Shown: positions 12,321 through 24,699 of the stretch, piece by piece
Layout: every line of letters begins with the position of its first letter
Numbering within the stretch: the first letter of the stretch is position 1
Origin: Phoronis australis
Taxonomy: Eukaryota > Animalia > Phoronida
Length of the DNA: 64,000 nt
NCBI GenBank assembly: GCA_002633005.1
Contig: NMRA01000370.1
Span: forward strand, 310,001 to 374,000
Reading direction: 5' to 3'
The notes under the pieces: model-generated
The model's input: the letters and a program-made list of their open reading frames with translations, nothing else
Told to the model about the DNA's origin: nothing
The model's database searches: none
Made by a program: the position numbers and the translations under genes

Positions 12321-13559
12321 GACCAATTGCCACAAATGTGTCATTTCGGGTCACTGTATGTAGGACGTCAGAGCAAGGTCCAGCGTGACCCATAAATGTG
12401 TCATTACAGGTTATGTAGGATGTCAGAGCAAGGTCCAAGGTTCGCTCCATAGTTATGTTCAAGATGAAATCTCAAAAAAATAGTTGCAGTTTTTCTAAAT
12501 CATTTTGTCTTTGCTTTGTACAAATTTTGATTTTTTTCATAAAAAACAAGTCATTTTTATAGCAATTAGTACAAAATGGAACATTTCTAAAACAATCCCT
12601 GAAAATGTTACAGTATATGTCAAAAATAGTGACATTCTTCATTTAAAATTTGTAAGCAAAATTGCCAAATTAACAATTCCTCCCTCATGGATTGCATCTC
12701 CATCCTCATTAACACAACAACTATTTTCTCATGAAAACAATTAGGCCTAAAAATGCACAATATCTTTTCTCACCGTCAGAAAATGAAAAGAACAGCAGTT
12801 AGTGAAAAAGAAATAATTGTTACAGAACAATTACAACGCTGTTAATGTGAGCGCTTCAGCAAAACGGAAGGAAGATTGCCTGCAGTCTATTATGTGGTCA
12901 ATAGGTGTTAGATAAAAGACTGGAGTTTATGACGCCAATTTTTCTTGCGTGCTGCTGGTTATGATGTCAACAGACAGTTAAGATCTTCTTGTTCATCGAG
13001 TCTTGACTGAATATCATCGAACCAACGATGTGTGAAGTGAGAGCCTTACAATTACTCTTGGTGAAATGAGGACTGCTTACTTAGTCCAACAACCAAAAGC
13101 ACAATTACAATTAACAAATTTTCTTCAAAGTTTCAAATTACGAAAATGAGCTCGAATGACAAGTTACAGTGGCAAAAGCAAATCTGTGAAAAGGCAGCAA
13201 ATTCTGATAAAACATCCAATAATTCGAGTAATGGTGTGGTCCATATTTTATTATTGATTGAAGCTAATAACAATCAACTGATTGTCGCATTGTACCATGC
13301 AGTAATTATTCATTGAAATCATTGCTCTCATAAATTGCTACAATTTATGCTGAGAGATTTTAGAAGATGAGCTGCCAAGCTGTTTTTTGTCAGTGTTTGA
13401 GCAGTTCCTCACATTCCAATCTGCAGATAATTCGTGACTTAAAGATGAATTGCATTAAAAAGAAATATTAGTATGCTAAAAAAGCTGGTTTCATGACTTC
13501 ATTTCGTACCATAGAACCAACTTGATTTTCAAAACCAACAATAACATCTCAACCATCAG

Positions 13560-13945
13560 ATTAGAATTGCAAAACTAATATTGGTTCAACATATGCATAG
13601 CATATGAGTGGAAGGTGGGACCAGTTTCCTTATAGATAATTATTGGCCAAATTTCATTAAAAACTGTATGGAGCTTCAAAGATAGAGAGACAAATGTAAA
13701 AATCTAAATTGCCACCAGGGGCCACTCTGGTAATCAGACTTGTCTGAAAATTCCCTCATTCCGTCCCAGCCATGATAGAAAAATATCTACATAATTTCAT
13801 GAACATCTATTCAGGGGTTTTGGAAGCACAGCAGCAGACACCGGATGGAAGCCAGGTAGACGCCAGACAAATGCCGAATGGACAAACAGGTACTAGGCAT
13901 GACAGTATAATGCACCCTGATATATAAATTTTGGCACATTAAAAT
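13560..13945 (+). mobile_element. Helentron-associated/pearl-like element, 3' part
   Basis: A core repeat (ccaaatttcat...aaattgccaccagggggcca) is followed by a degenerate gacac/ggatgga/agaca microsatellite and a short terminal hairpin before an A-run. It is related to the 42545-44060 array. Confidence 0.5.
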
Positions 13946-15684
13946 TTAATCCTGTTAGAAACCCAGAACAAATTTTTAGAACAGCAACATTATTCATTTC
14001 AAATACAGAAGTCTGAAAAATCATTCCTTAAAAGTTTATGCTGACTCAGCATCAACCAATGTTCTATGGAGTTGGAAGATTTGTAGGGAATTTCTCAAGA
14101 AAACAACTTGCCAACATATTGCAAGAAACATATTGCATAAGGCTTGTAATTGGAGAGCTCCAAAAAACGAGGGTAGGCTTACACCCAGGTGGTCTTATTT
14201 GGACTTAGTGTACAAGCTCATGTGTTTAATATGTATATCAGCCATATGGTTCAGTAAAAAAGCCCAAGGGCTTGTATAACGCGTTTGATCAGTGCGCATT
14301 GTCCTGATATGTTTTTCAAGATAGCTTTGCCATAACCTTAACTAGCTGCAGGGTGCAAACAAATGAGGTTGATTTGACATGGACCCTAGGTAACAGGTGG
14401 GCTTACAGCTGAAGGTGGCACTAAGGAGAGGGGCCTCTACGCGAGAGGGTTGCCTTGAAAATGAGGATGGTCTCAAGTACCCTGTGATGGACTTACGGTT
14501 GAGAAGATATGGTACATTCTTACAAAAATTTTCTATATGGTATATTTTTCAGTTCTATAAGAACATGCAAGCTTTTGCAGTCTACTGTAATCAGAAGGCT
14601 ACTTTAGAAATGTGAGTCTCACAATCAAGAAAGAGTGATGCAACTTCACAAGCAGACGTACACTTCGAATGGCAGACGATCAATAGTACAGGGGTAAATA
14701 GCTGGATTGAATACTACAGCTAGCTAGGATCACAGGTGACTGCTGCACGAGTCGATATTTCAGACAAGCAAAGAAAGACCCAAGGATCATGTGGCAAGCA
14801 TAGTGAAACAAGAAACCGTGAAATTTTAATTAATTAACAGCAGAAGACATGTAAGAAATACCCCAGCTGAGAAAATAATATTCAGTTGCTTGGTTACCGT
14901 ATTGTCAGGATTCATGACCATGTTCAGCTTCATGCCCAACCCCAAAATTTCAAAATTTTCATTTTAAAACACCCATGCTCTGCTTAAGGTTACGTAAGAC
15001 CTTTTTGACATGTTTGTGTATTTAGTCAAATGTTTACAATGGACTTTAACTCCTGCAAAGTACAGTAGTTTCTTCAATTTAGAACACAATATGGCAGAAG
15101 AGAGAAATAATATTATATCAAAAATTTCAACAACAGTAATCAAAAAGAAAACTTTTATCAACAAGCACGCAATGAAATTCAAGCACTTTTAACAATACAA
15201 TTAGGTTTTGAAAGTTTATTGGAAAAATGCCAATGTTGACAATTGTTTTTATTCAAAACTAAAGTTATATTTCTGAAAATAGAAATCCCGAGCTTGATTT
15301 TTTGTTGTTCATTGGGTCATTTAACCATAACATTTTGGTAAAACTTCGCAAGTTAAGGTACATGATAGCAAAACCATAGTAACAACATGAGCATGACCAA
15401 TTTTCATTTGATAGAAATGTTCAAGATGAAATCTCAAAAACACTGTTGCACTTTTCAAGATTAACATTCCATTTTTGCTTCATACAACTTTCGATTTTTT
15501 ATGAAAGCAATAAAAATACTATTTTTGACAGGTCCTCAAGCAATCGTGGAGCGTTTGCAATTCCTAATTGCGCAATGAAGCACAGTGTGTTTAAGTAGAG
15601 TATCTAAAAATTTTATATGATGTTCCGAAATTGGTCAAATTTGGCCCTTATTTTTCTATGGTTCTACATAACCTTAACACCCGA

Positions 15685-15861
15685 ATTGACCTATCGCAAA
15701 TTCTGCCCCCTTGCAAAAAATCAACAAACAAACAATAAGTTTTACCCAGCAACATGTTGTTTGTCGGGTGAAATGGCGGCTTGGAAACGAAGGTGTGTCA
15801 AGAAGGCTGTGTTCTTATTGGTCAGTTAAGCCGTCACTCAAGATCCTGGAGATAGGTCAAT
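15685..15861. mobile_element. Short MITE with 11-bp TIR
   Basis: Bounded by ATTGACCTATC...GATAGGTCAAT, with an inverted homologous copy at 25628-25802. Confidence 0.75.
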
Positions 15862-16020
15862 ATACCATTGTGACTTCCTTGAAAGTATCAGTGTCTTTGT
15901 GAATACCTGTGTCACGGGAATTTTAGCTCCTAAAAGGTGCAAAACCCAGTTAACTTCTCATGTCTACATTTCGGTGATGTTTTACTTATTCTTACATGTG
16001 AAGTCAAGCAACAGTATTTA

Positions 16021-16911
16021 AGGCGAATGCAACCTTTTTTCATGTCATTTTTAGCAAAAATAAGGTTCGTTGGTTATCCCCAGACAAATTTTCCACTTAA
16101 CTGCAGCTTTTCGTAATTTAATTAACTATTCGTTCTCTACACCGGAAATGACGTTTTGGGAGGCAAGAATTTCGCGTCAATTTCTTTTCATACAGTCTGT
16201 CTGTGAGGGCTGTCGAGTCAATCATTGATCTACCTCCGTTGTGATAAGTTCGTTCGTCGTTTGCTTTTCTTTACGAGTCAGTCAACATGCCACACTGTTG
16301 CTGCGTACTGGGATGTACTCATTATGGCCCAAAGCCTGTAAGCAGACGTGCTGCGATGTTGAGTAGTGGGAGTGAATGCAGGCCCAGTGAAGAGTACGGT
16401 TCGTCGTTGAATGAACAGATCGGTGAGCCAAACTTTGATAAGTTTATTACGGACTTGTCTAAAGTATTGGAGCTATTTAGAAGATGCCATGTGTGTGGCG
16501 AGGGAGTCACACAGCAGAGTGTAAGCAGTTTGTGTGCTCTATCCAGTGGGAATGTGTCGCGGGACACTTTTGACAGGCAAGTGGGACAGTTGTTTCACTG
16601 TTCTTGAGACCATAATGAGTACATCCCAGTACGCAGCAACAGTGTGGCATGTTGACTGACTCCTAAGCAAAAGCAAATGACAACCGGACTTTTCACAACC
16701 GAGAAATAACAATGAATGACTTGGCACCTCTCACAGTCAGACTATATGAAAAGAAATTGGCGCGAAATTCTTGCCTCTCAAAACGTCACTTCCGGAGTAG
16801 AGAACGAATAATTAAATTACGAAAAGCTGTAATTAAGTGGAAAACATGTCTGGGATAACCAACAAACCTTATTTTTGCTAAAAAAAGCATGAGAAAAGGT
16901 TGCCTTCGCCT
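16021..16911 (+). mobile_element. Non-autonomous Kolobok-like DNA transposon with about 300-bp TIRs
   Basis: Inverted repeats at 16021-16327 and 16610-16911 have AGGCGAA...TTCGCCT termini and flanks TTTA/TTAA. The arm carries a THAP-like start and the core a CxxC transposase fragment. Confidence 0.85.
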
Positions 16912-18817
16912 TTAAACTCCTAGGTCGTAGACCCATTCGACTATTTGGGAGAGCGTCCACTCTCAACTGCTAAAACTCACACTCAGCCTGATTTTTTACT
17001 TCAAGCTCCTGTATGTTGACTTGGATGAGTGCAGTAGAATTGGTATTTAATATGTGCCTAATGCAGTAGTTACGCCTCTAAACGAGAACGCTATTGTAGG
17101 CAATATTAGTTACATTTTCAAATGGAAAATTAAAGCAGATTCATAATCAACTAGAATTTCGACATACTGTGTGAAATTTCAATACATGTGTAATTTTGCA
17201 TACTTGATTTCAAAAAGAGAGCACCATTTAAAAAGGTCCAGATGTAAATTATTTAAGAATCATTGTGGATGACTACAATATCTAGAAAATGTGAGCATAG
17301 TTATGCATGCTCCAGCACAGTGGAATAAGTAACCCACAGACTGGTGGATACAGCAGTGTGGCAGTGGCAAACCAATGTTTATGGAGTCCAGCTCTCTTAT
17401 TGTCTGCTTTCATCTGATAAGCTCATGTAATGGTGCAATTGTGTTGTAAGGAGGGCACCTGATGCTAACCTAGAAAACTGGTTCCTAGTGCTAACTGATA
17501 CTTGAGATAATTAAAAATACTATTTGCAAACCACTTTCATTATATCTCCTGAAGTAGATGTGTTTTGTATGATATACTTTCACCAAATAACTTTGAATGG
17601 AGAAAACTGGTTGACTTTCAGAGAACTTAGATTTAACTTTCACCCATTGATTCCCTGTATATGACTGTAAGCCCTGACCAGCTTAACCACAGTATTGTGA
17701 ACCAACACAAAGGCTCGCTTGAAAAGTTTAATCAAAATCAGTGTGATTCTAGATTAGATTCTGATACAGGAAACTTCTTGATTTTTACACTCCAGGAGAA
17801 TGGTATGTAATGTGGTGTGATTACTTCTCAATTCAATTGATCTATTAGTAGTCCTCACTTGTCAACAAAATTAACTTCACACTTCTCTTATCATAATGGC
17901 TGTGAAGCTGTTGACTTTAAATTTTCAAAGGTACAGTATCTTTCTACATTTTGAATTCTGTATTTGCTCTCCCTGAAAATCAGGTTGCTTGTGGGGTGGG
18001 CGAGTTACAAATCACCGTAACAGTGTCTGGAAAACCTCGGCCCTGAGGAAAACCTCGGTTGTCGGATAAATTTACGAATAATTAGGAAGCATCAGAAATG
18101 AAGGCCACTAATCAAAAGCAAACCTGATTGCATGACACTGCCTTCGATGTCTATTGCCTGAGGTTTTGTCGCCCGAAAATACCACATGTGGCAACATGTG
18201 GAGATACAAATGACTTTAACGAGATATCAGTAAGTTGTGTCCCTTGGTTATGAAATAAATGCCTGCGTAGAACCATCTTTGAAAATGACAATTTTGGACC
18301 AATTTTTGTTTTGATGTGGAATCCTTTGCTTTGGTTCATGTTTTGGAGTGAAACCCTATGTTTTGATTCTTTACTACAGAGAGCTGGCAATCATAAGACA
18401 ACACCATGGACCGAAGGGAGGTCACTGACTGCTTGAGCAGGATGATTCACCACTACTAACTTGATTTATACCGGTTTGAAGTCTGCATTTTGGCTAGACG
18501 CAATTAGTGCTGCGTAGGACTAAAACGAAAAAATAGATATTAGAATTATCTTGTGAGGTAGTTTGAAGCTAGTCACCAAGGCAAACATAAGGGTTACTTG
18601 CCTCGGTGCAAATGAACTCAAACATTATGGCATTCTCCGCTGACCCCAACTTGTTCGATCAGACGACAAACGAACAAGTTGGGCGACTGACCAGTGATCA
18701 GTATCTTAATACACGACTGATTAACTCCATTCTGGGTTTTATGGATGGAGGCCCAGCTCTCTTTAGTTCAATAATTAAGTGCTTTAATCTGATAAGATCA
18801 TATCCAGCCTGACTTGG

Positions 18818-19254
18818 ACAACGTACCTAAACTACACGGTCAATGGACTCATAAACACGGGCACGGACGCATGAACATGACTCACGGACCTGCAAACACC
18901 GTCCACTGACTAACAAATACGGGAACGGATTCACAGAACACGATCCACGCACCCAAATACACGGACTCATATTCACGAGGAGACACGGTAATAACGGACC
19001 GCCAAACATGGGTCACTGACTCATCGGCTTCCTGGGTCACTGAGCTGACATCTCCATTTTGTCAGTAAACCGTGTTTGGCTGTCCGTTAACCGTATTCCT
19101 CGGGAATATGAGTCCGTGTCCCGTGTATTTGGGTACATGGATCGTGTTTAGTGAGTCCGTTCTCGTGTTTGTGAGTCAGTGGATGGTGTTTGCAGGTCTG
19201 AGTCGTCTGAGCGGTGTTTATGAATCTGTTAACCGTGTAGTTTAGGTACCTTGT
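18818..19254. mobile_element. Palindromic fold-back MITE (about 435 bp)
   Basis: gtacctaaactacacggt at the left and accgtgtagtttaggtac at the right; the arms pair imperfectly over about 170 bp and carry repeated acacgg/acggactc motifs. Confidence 0.82.
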
Positions 19255-22200
19255 TGGTTGTGCTGTTAAAATAAAGTTATAAACCGTTTAACCACAAACC
19301 AATAACAATTCTGAATCCCACGTCAAATGTTGATGGTGTTTAGCTCTTGAATCACCAAAATCGCCCAACTACATCCAATGTTTAAAGATAATCTACTTTA
19401 TCTGGACACATACCAAAGTTTGACTGACGTGTTCATAGTCAGGTCAGTAATAAGGTGCACTTTTCATAACATTTACATCCATGATACAGATACATAACTC
19501 TTGTGTTTGATCAAATACATTGTTTTTAGCAGTATAAGCGACTTTAATAAAGATATTACGTCTGGTGCTTCGGTTTTCTTTTAAGTCATGCGCATTACCA
19601 TGATGGTCAAATTGATTACAAAGTTAAGGTCACGTGGTTCCTATATGCTACAATTTTCGCGTGCAGTTAGCCTGATTTCTCCACAACGTGAAGATGTGTT
19701 GTGAATACTTTCCCATGCAAACACAGGAGTTCACGCTCACACTGATGAGCGAGGTTGCTGGAGCTCATAAATCTGGATGCAAAATTTTTATTTTGAATTT
19801 TTTCTGATGTAGAAATTTCCAATTTAATTTAAAATTTACAAAAAATAGGAATTTTGTGGAAAAAATCGTCGCCCGGATTCCTTAAATTTGATTTTATTTT
19901 CATGTAAAAATAATCTTCACACCCCTTGAAAGGGCCCATCCTATGTGCGCAAAGACAGCAAACTTGGTCACTAGCCAGTGTTGTACATTTTGCGTGGCAT
20001 GAATTTTATTTATAACTCAAGGTCGAAAGCAAACGTCCGTGGAGAATGAAAATGCAGTTGAAGTCTGTGGAAACTTTTGAAATTAGGATACTAAGTGTTT
20101 CAGGATCTATAATGTGAGTTAAAAAATTTTAAACTTGGCACGGCAAAATCAGCGATCCAAAAACAAAATAGTCAACTTCGACCGCCCTACTCATAGGACC
20201 ACTTATGACCGAACATGTAACTTTTAATGAAATTGGCCACTGGGACCCATCCCTCATTAATGGGTACTTCTTTGGGTAAAGTCCAGAACTAGTGATCCTA
20301 AAACTCCGCACGGCAAAACTCCTTTCAAAACGAGCAGGTGGAGCAGCTTTTCTTCACTGAACAAACCAGCTGATAATGCTTGCTGGAGTCCACTCCAAAC
20401 TGAAGCTAAATATTTCATGGAGCATTAGTCCCAATGGCAATGCCGATAAAATGGTTTTTGACAAACCAAGAAAATATGACATCGGTTACCATCATTTATT
20501 CATTGCTGTCGTTCTGTTACCCAATGTCGAAAGTAGTTCTGCTTGGTTTCAGTAACCCTTAGTAAGGTCTGGTAGATAATTGGCCTGCATGATACCAGAC
20601 AAAAGACTGTGCTCAGTAGTTAGCAAAGGAGCTAGATGTTATCACATGTTCACAACCGCTGGTCTGGTAAAGTCACTGAACGGGAGAACGCCCAGATGCT
20701 ACATGGCACAGTACCCCTACTCCGGACACTTTTGGAACTTTTTCTGACCAGATAACATAAGTGCTTTTAATTCCAACGGGAAAAGTATAGCTATCTTTAG
20801 TTACTTACACAATGCTCTCGAAAAGTTGAATGTATACCTTTTGGATCTATCGCAAAAATGTGGAAAAATATTACTGTTATTTTCAACAAAAAAAGCATCA
20901 TCTTATTTACAAAGAACACTTACAAAATTGAACAGAGGTCATCTAGATTTATTACAAAATAAACTTTTCTCGGAACCTGAGACTGGTCACTCGGGCTGAA
21001 CATGATATACAACCTGAGACATTTATGTGCACTGCCTTTTTATCAATTTAGTTAACAACCTTGAATTCAGTCCAAAAACAACAACTACTGATGAAAATAA
21101 AAATGTCAACAGCTTTTTTGAAAGTTTTACAGTTCATATATTGAACGACTTAGACTTTTTAATATTTACTAAATTCTGTGGGTTACTGAGGAGCTGATAA
21201 GTCAAGTACACAAAACGAAGGCTGGTTCAAAAACAATTTTCGAGGATAAAATTTGTATTTATCACGAAACGTTGTCTATGGCACGACTTTTGGTCCTTCT
21301 TGTTCAATCAAAATCGTGAGAAAAGCTTTGGCAATATAGGAAGACAGATGGATGCAAATATGCTGTTTTTGATATTTAGCTCCAGGCTCTTTTTCACTCT
21401 GAAATTAATTAAAATTTAGGTCAACCATGTCAGGAGGCCCAGTCGATGCATTGAGGACTGAGTATAGAGGTGCTGCTAAGATCGGCTATGATTTTCAATA
21501 CTCTGATACATCTTTCGGTTGTGTTTTCACCAAATGTTACCATACAAATTTGAGGTGCCAGTTCAGAAAAAGCAGCTACAAAAATGGGATGGCAGACCAG
21601 TTTTATTCTTTGCATTATTTCCAGTCTCATTTATACTCTACTAGGCATGGGTAGGAACTTTTCCCAAGGCATAAATATGGGTCCGGTCATATTTTAAGCT
21701 CTCTTTCAATACAAATCTAGCTCTTGATATAAACAATTGTCTCACTTTTTCATTTTTTGACAGGTATAAACAACAACCCATACTTGAAAGATCAGCTGCA
21801 CCCCGCCCCGTACCCTAAAAAAGTAATGCCTCCTTGGAAAATACCCATTTCAAGTGGCTGGTTAATGAAAGTCTATATCCCAGCATGGGCATAACTTTGA
21901 CGGCTAGCTACAAAATCCCAAACTCTACTGGTGGCTTCAAATTTTACTCACTCAACTTGGCCAAGGATTCGACTTCCAGTTACGAAGATTTTCTGACAGT
22001 TTCGACAACTGAGACCAAGATCCACATCGGAGTCGGGGTGTGATAAAATAATGAAACTATGTACTAGCTCACTGGAAATCAGGGAAAATCTCAACAAGAC
22101 ACCATAATTAGCAACATGGTAATGTGATGCCATTCAGTGGAATTCACTATGGACTACATATATTGTGTTTTGTTCAGCAAAGGTCAAGAGGTGAAAAATA

Positions 22201-22350
22201 ACGGCTGAGGTAAGATTTTTCAACAATTTAAACAAAAACTGAAGCCTGTTGTATGCCGATTTCACCAGAAGTCAAAAGGTATTGAAGTAACAAAAGTTCC
22301 ACTAAGTGGTTGCAGTGTAAAAAATTTTAAACATAACTAAAAAAACTTAC

Positions 22351-22824
22351 CGGAATACCAGCCCAGTATGGAGTCTCGCGGACAGGAAGTGACGATGTGA
22401 TCGTCTGCATGTAGAAGGCCAATGCTATTATTATTATGCCAAGGAACATCTGCATGACGACTAGCAGGACGTTAATGTGACAACACTTGGCCTCGAATGA
22501 CTCCTTCCTTTGTGTCATCTTCTCCACCACAGACATTCGCCTTGCTTGAAGACGTGACAGGGTTGAACCAGCTCCGTCTAAGCTGCAATGACCATTAGAG
22601 TTGAGCCGATTACTGTTTGCCAGGCTGTTACGTCTGCTTGAGTGGTGATGGTGATCGTGCGGGTTGTACCCGCTGCGCACCATCACAAAGTTTCGTGGCT
22701 CATTGCACTCTGAACAGTATGGGTAGCAGACACCGTTTTTATACTTAAGTGTGGCCGTGGCGAGCAGCGTAATTGCTGGTGCCGAATGAGCCCGAGGTCG
22801 ATGCTTCATAACAGTCTTATTCAT
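22351..22824 (-). CDS. SSPN: Sarcospan-like (CD20/MS4A-like tetraspan) gene, coding exon 1 (158 aa)
   Basis: The ORF ends in KCCHINVLLVVMQMFLGIIIIALAFYMQTITSSLPVRETPYWAGIP, which matches recalled vertebrate sarcospan TM1 and loop (CCGCRFPLLLALLQLALGIAVTVVGFLMASISSSLLVRDTPFWAGII). A phase-0 GTAAGT donor follows at 22350-22345, and an in-frame TAG lies 8 codons upstream of the ATG. Confidence 0.88.
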
Positions 22825-23231
22825 CAGATCACAGACAATTGAATTCTAATAAATATCATTAATGCATCCCTCAAACAACAAAGAATGCGCAAGTCATCAG
22901 TTTGGTCTTAGATCATTTAAATTGCAGGAAATGTCAGTTCACAAGGTTTTTATCACTAAAACTAAATGCCGCTGTCTCTTTCAATCTATTTTGTCACCTC
23001 ATCAAGAGAGAATGGTTCCATCATAATCTTGAACAGTAGAACTTGCTATGTTCCACACATGCTGAAAAAGTGTCACAAAACTGGCGTATACAGAATCCAC
23101 AACCACCAGAAAGCAGACAACAATCCAAAGAAAAACAGACGACAATCCAAAGAAGAGCAGACGACAATACACAACTGTTTACTGCAGTGCAGGAATGGCA
23201 AGTGAGCATAAGCTAGCGAATCCCAGCAAGG

Positions 23232-23260
23232 CTATAAATAGCTAGCTACACGTGTAAACA
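23232..23260. promoter_or_regulatory. Candidate muscle-type promoter/enhancer cluster (MEF2 site, E-box, forkhead site)
   Basis: CTATAAATAG (23232-23241, perfect CTA(A/T)4TAG), CACGTG (23249-23254) and GTAAACA (23254-23260) fall within 29 bp, about 410 bp 5' of the sarcospan ATG. Confidence 0.5.
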
Positions 23261-23901
23261 GAGTGAAGAGTCAGCCAATTAAACATGAAGTTTCAGCTCC
23301 AGCTCCCATGCTTCAGTCATCAAACAGAAACTTGTGCTCAGCAGCAACATGTTCTAGACTTGTGTACAATGACATTATACTTTATGATCAACTTAAAGTC
23401 GGCACAAGAGGAAATACTATGACATCTGAGAGTGTACCATGAGAAATCAGACACATGAGCTACATGAGTTTACCACAATTTGTCAACTCTTGTTATACCA
23501 CATAATCAATACCATCTGGCAAAAATGATCTGATATTTAGAACCCAAAAAGTGGAACAATTGAAGCCATATACCTCCTTGAACTCAACCTATCAGGGGTG
23601 GGTTGAATACTGACAATTGATACTGAGAATTTGATACGGCTAGTTTGATAACAATATTCAATGGAGACCGATAACTAATACTGGACTTAAAGAAGTCAAT
23701 TCTATCACTGAGCCAAAATTATTGTTTGATGTTGTAAATGATTTTAGCTATGATTTGTTAGATACTGAATGAATTAGCGACTTCCTACAGCTTTCAAGAA
23801 TAAGATCTAGGCTTCATAAAAATGACACTGAGTCATATCTGTACTTGGCTGTCTATGTTGCATTTGTGCTAAACTTTGCTCTGATTCGAACAAAATGGCT
23901 G

Positions 23902-24214
23902 AAATTGCCAATTTCCATTTTTCAAAGGCTCAACGTGTTATCAAAAATGCTCAACTTTTTTTATTGTGTGTTTGTTGTTGACAGGTGTAATATAAACAGA
24001 GTATTGGGGGTTTGGATATATTCAGACACCATAGGGGGCTGGCAATGTTGCACTTGTGGTAAACTTTCCTACAAAAACAATTGCCAAAATTGCCAATTTC
24101 CATTTTTCAAATGCTCAGTTTATTACAAAAAATACTCAAATTCCACTGTGTGTTTGTTGTTGACAGGTGCAATATAAACTGAAAATTAGACTTGGCTATT
24201 CAAACACCATAGGG
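23902..24214. repeat. Diverged direct duplication (about 130-bp unit, 2 copies)
   Basis: aaattgccaatttccatttttcaaa...gttgacaggtg.aatataaac...acaccataggg at about 23902-24036 and about 24087-24214. Confidence 0.75.
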
Positions 24215-24587
24215 TGTAACAAAACAATTAACTTCCCAGCCACACTGACCATAAACCCTAATTTTAAGCTGTTTACTTGCATAGGTCAACTGGTACAGTT
24301 GTATGACTAAGAGCAGGCTTCACTAAGAACTATGTTCGTTTGTTGACCTTGCATGTTAGTTTCAAAAGGCCTATTCATGGGCAGTGCATCATAGGGGGCT
24401 AAGGGGACTATAGTCCCACCACTTATTTCAATGCTGTATGGAACACGCTATTGTATATTGAATGACACTGATGATTTACAACCCTTACAAAATTCTAAGC
24501 CACAATGAGGTCTAGTCACTTCTTCCAAGCCCAAATGGAGTGACTCATAATGCATGCTTTTCTTATCTTTACTTTTGATAAAACTTT

Positions 24588-24699
24588 CACTGTTCCCTTT
24601 CATAGTGAGTACCATCACTGTCCCCTTTCATAGTGTGTACCATCACTGTCCCCTTTCATAGTGTGTACCATCAGTGTTCCCTTTCATAGTGTGTACCAT
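24588..24699. repeat. Minisatellite, 28-bp unit x4
   Basis: cactgtcccctttcatagtgtgtaccat repeated head to tail with no spacers. Confidence 0.93.

Larger units (their letters stand above)
1975..22350 (-). other. Intron 1 of the sarcospan-like gene (20,376 bp)
   Basis: GT...AG boundaries join two phase-compatible exons that are contiguous in the sarcospan alignment; the interval is filled with TE remnants. Confidence 0.75.

Noticed and set aside
22327-22350. C-terminal VSFFSYV of the 165-aa ORF as a real protein end
   Set aside because: It is read-through into the intron past a canonical GTAAGT donor; the homology continues in exon 2.
24588-24699. 28-bp repeats as a CRISPR array
   Set aside because: Units are contiguous with no spacers.
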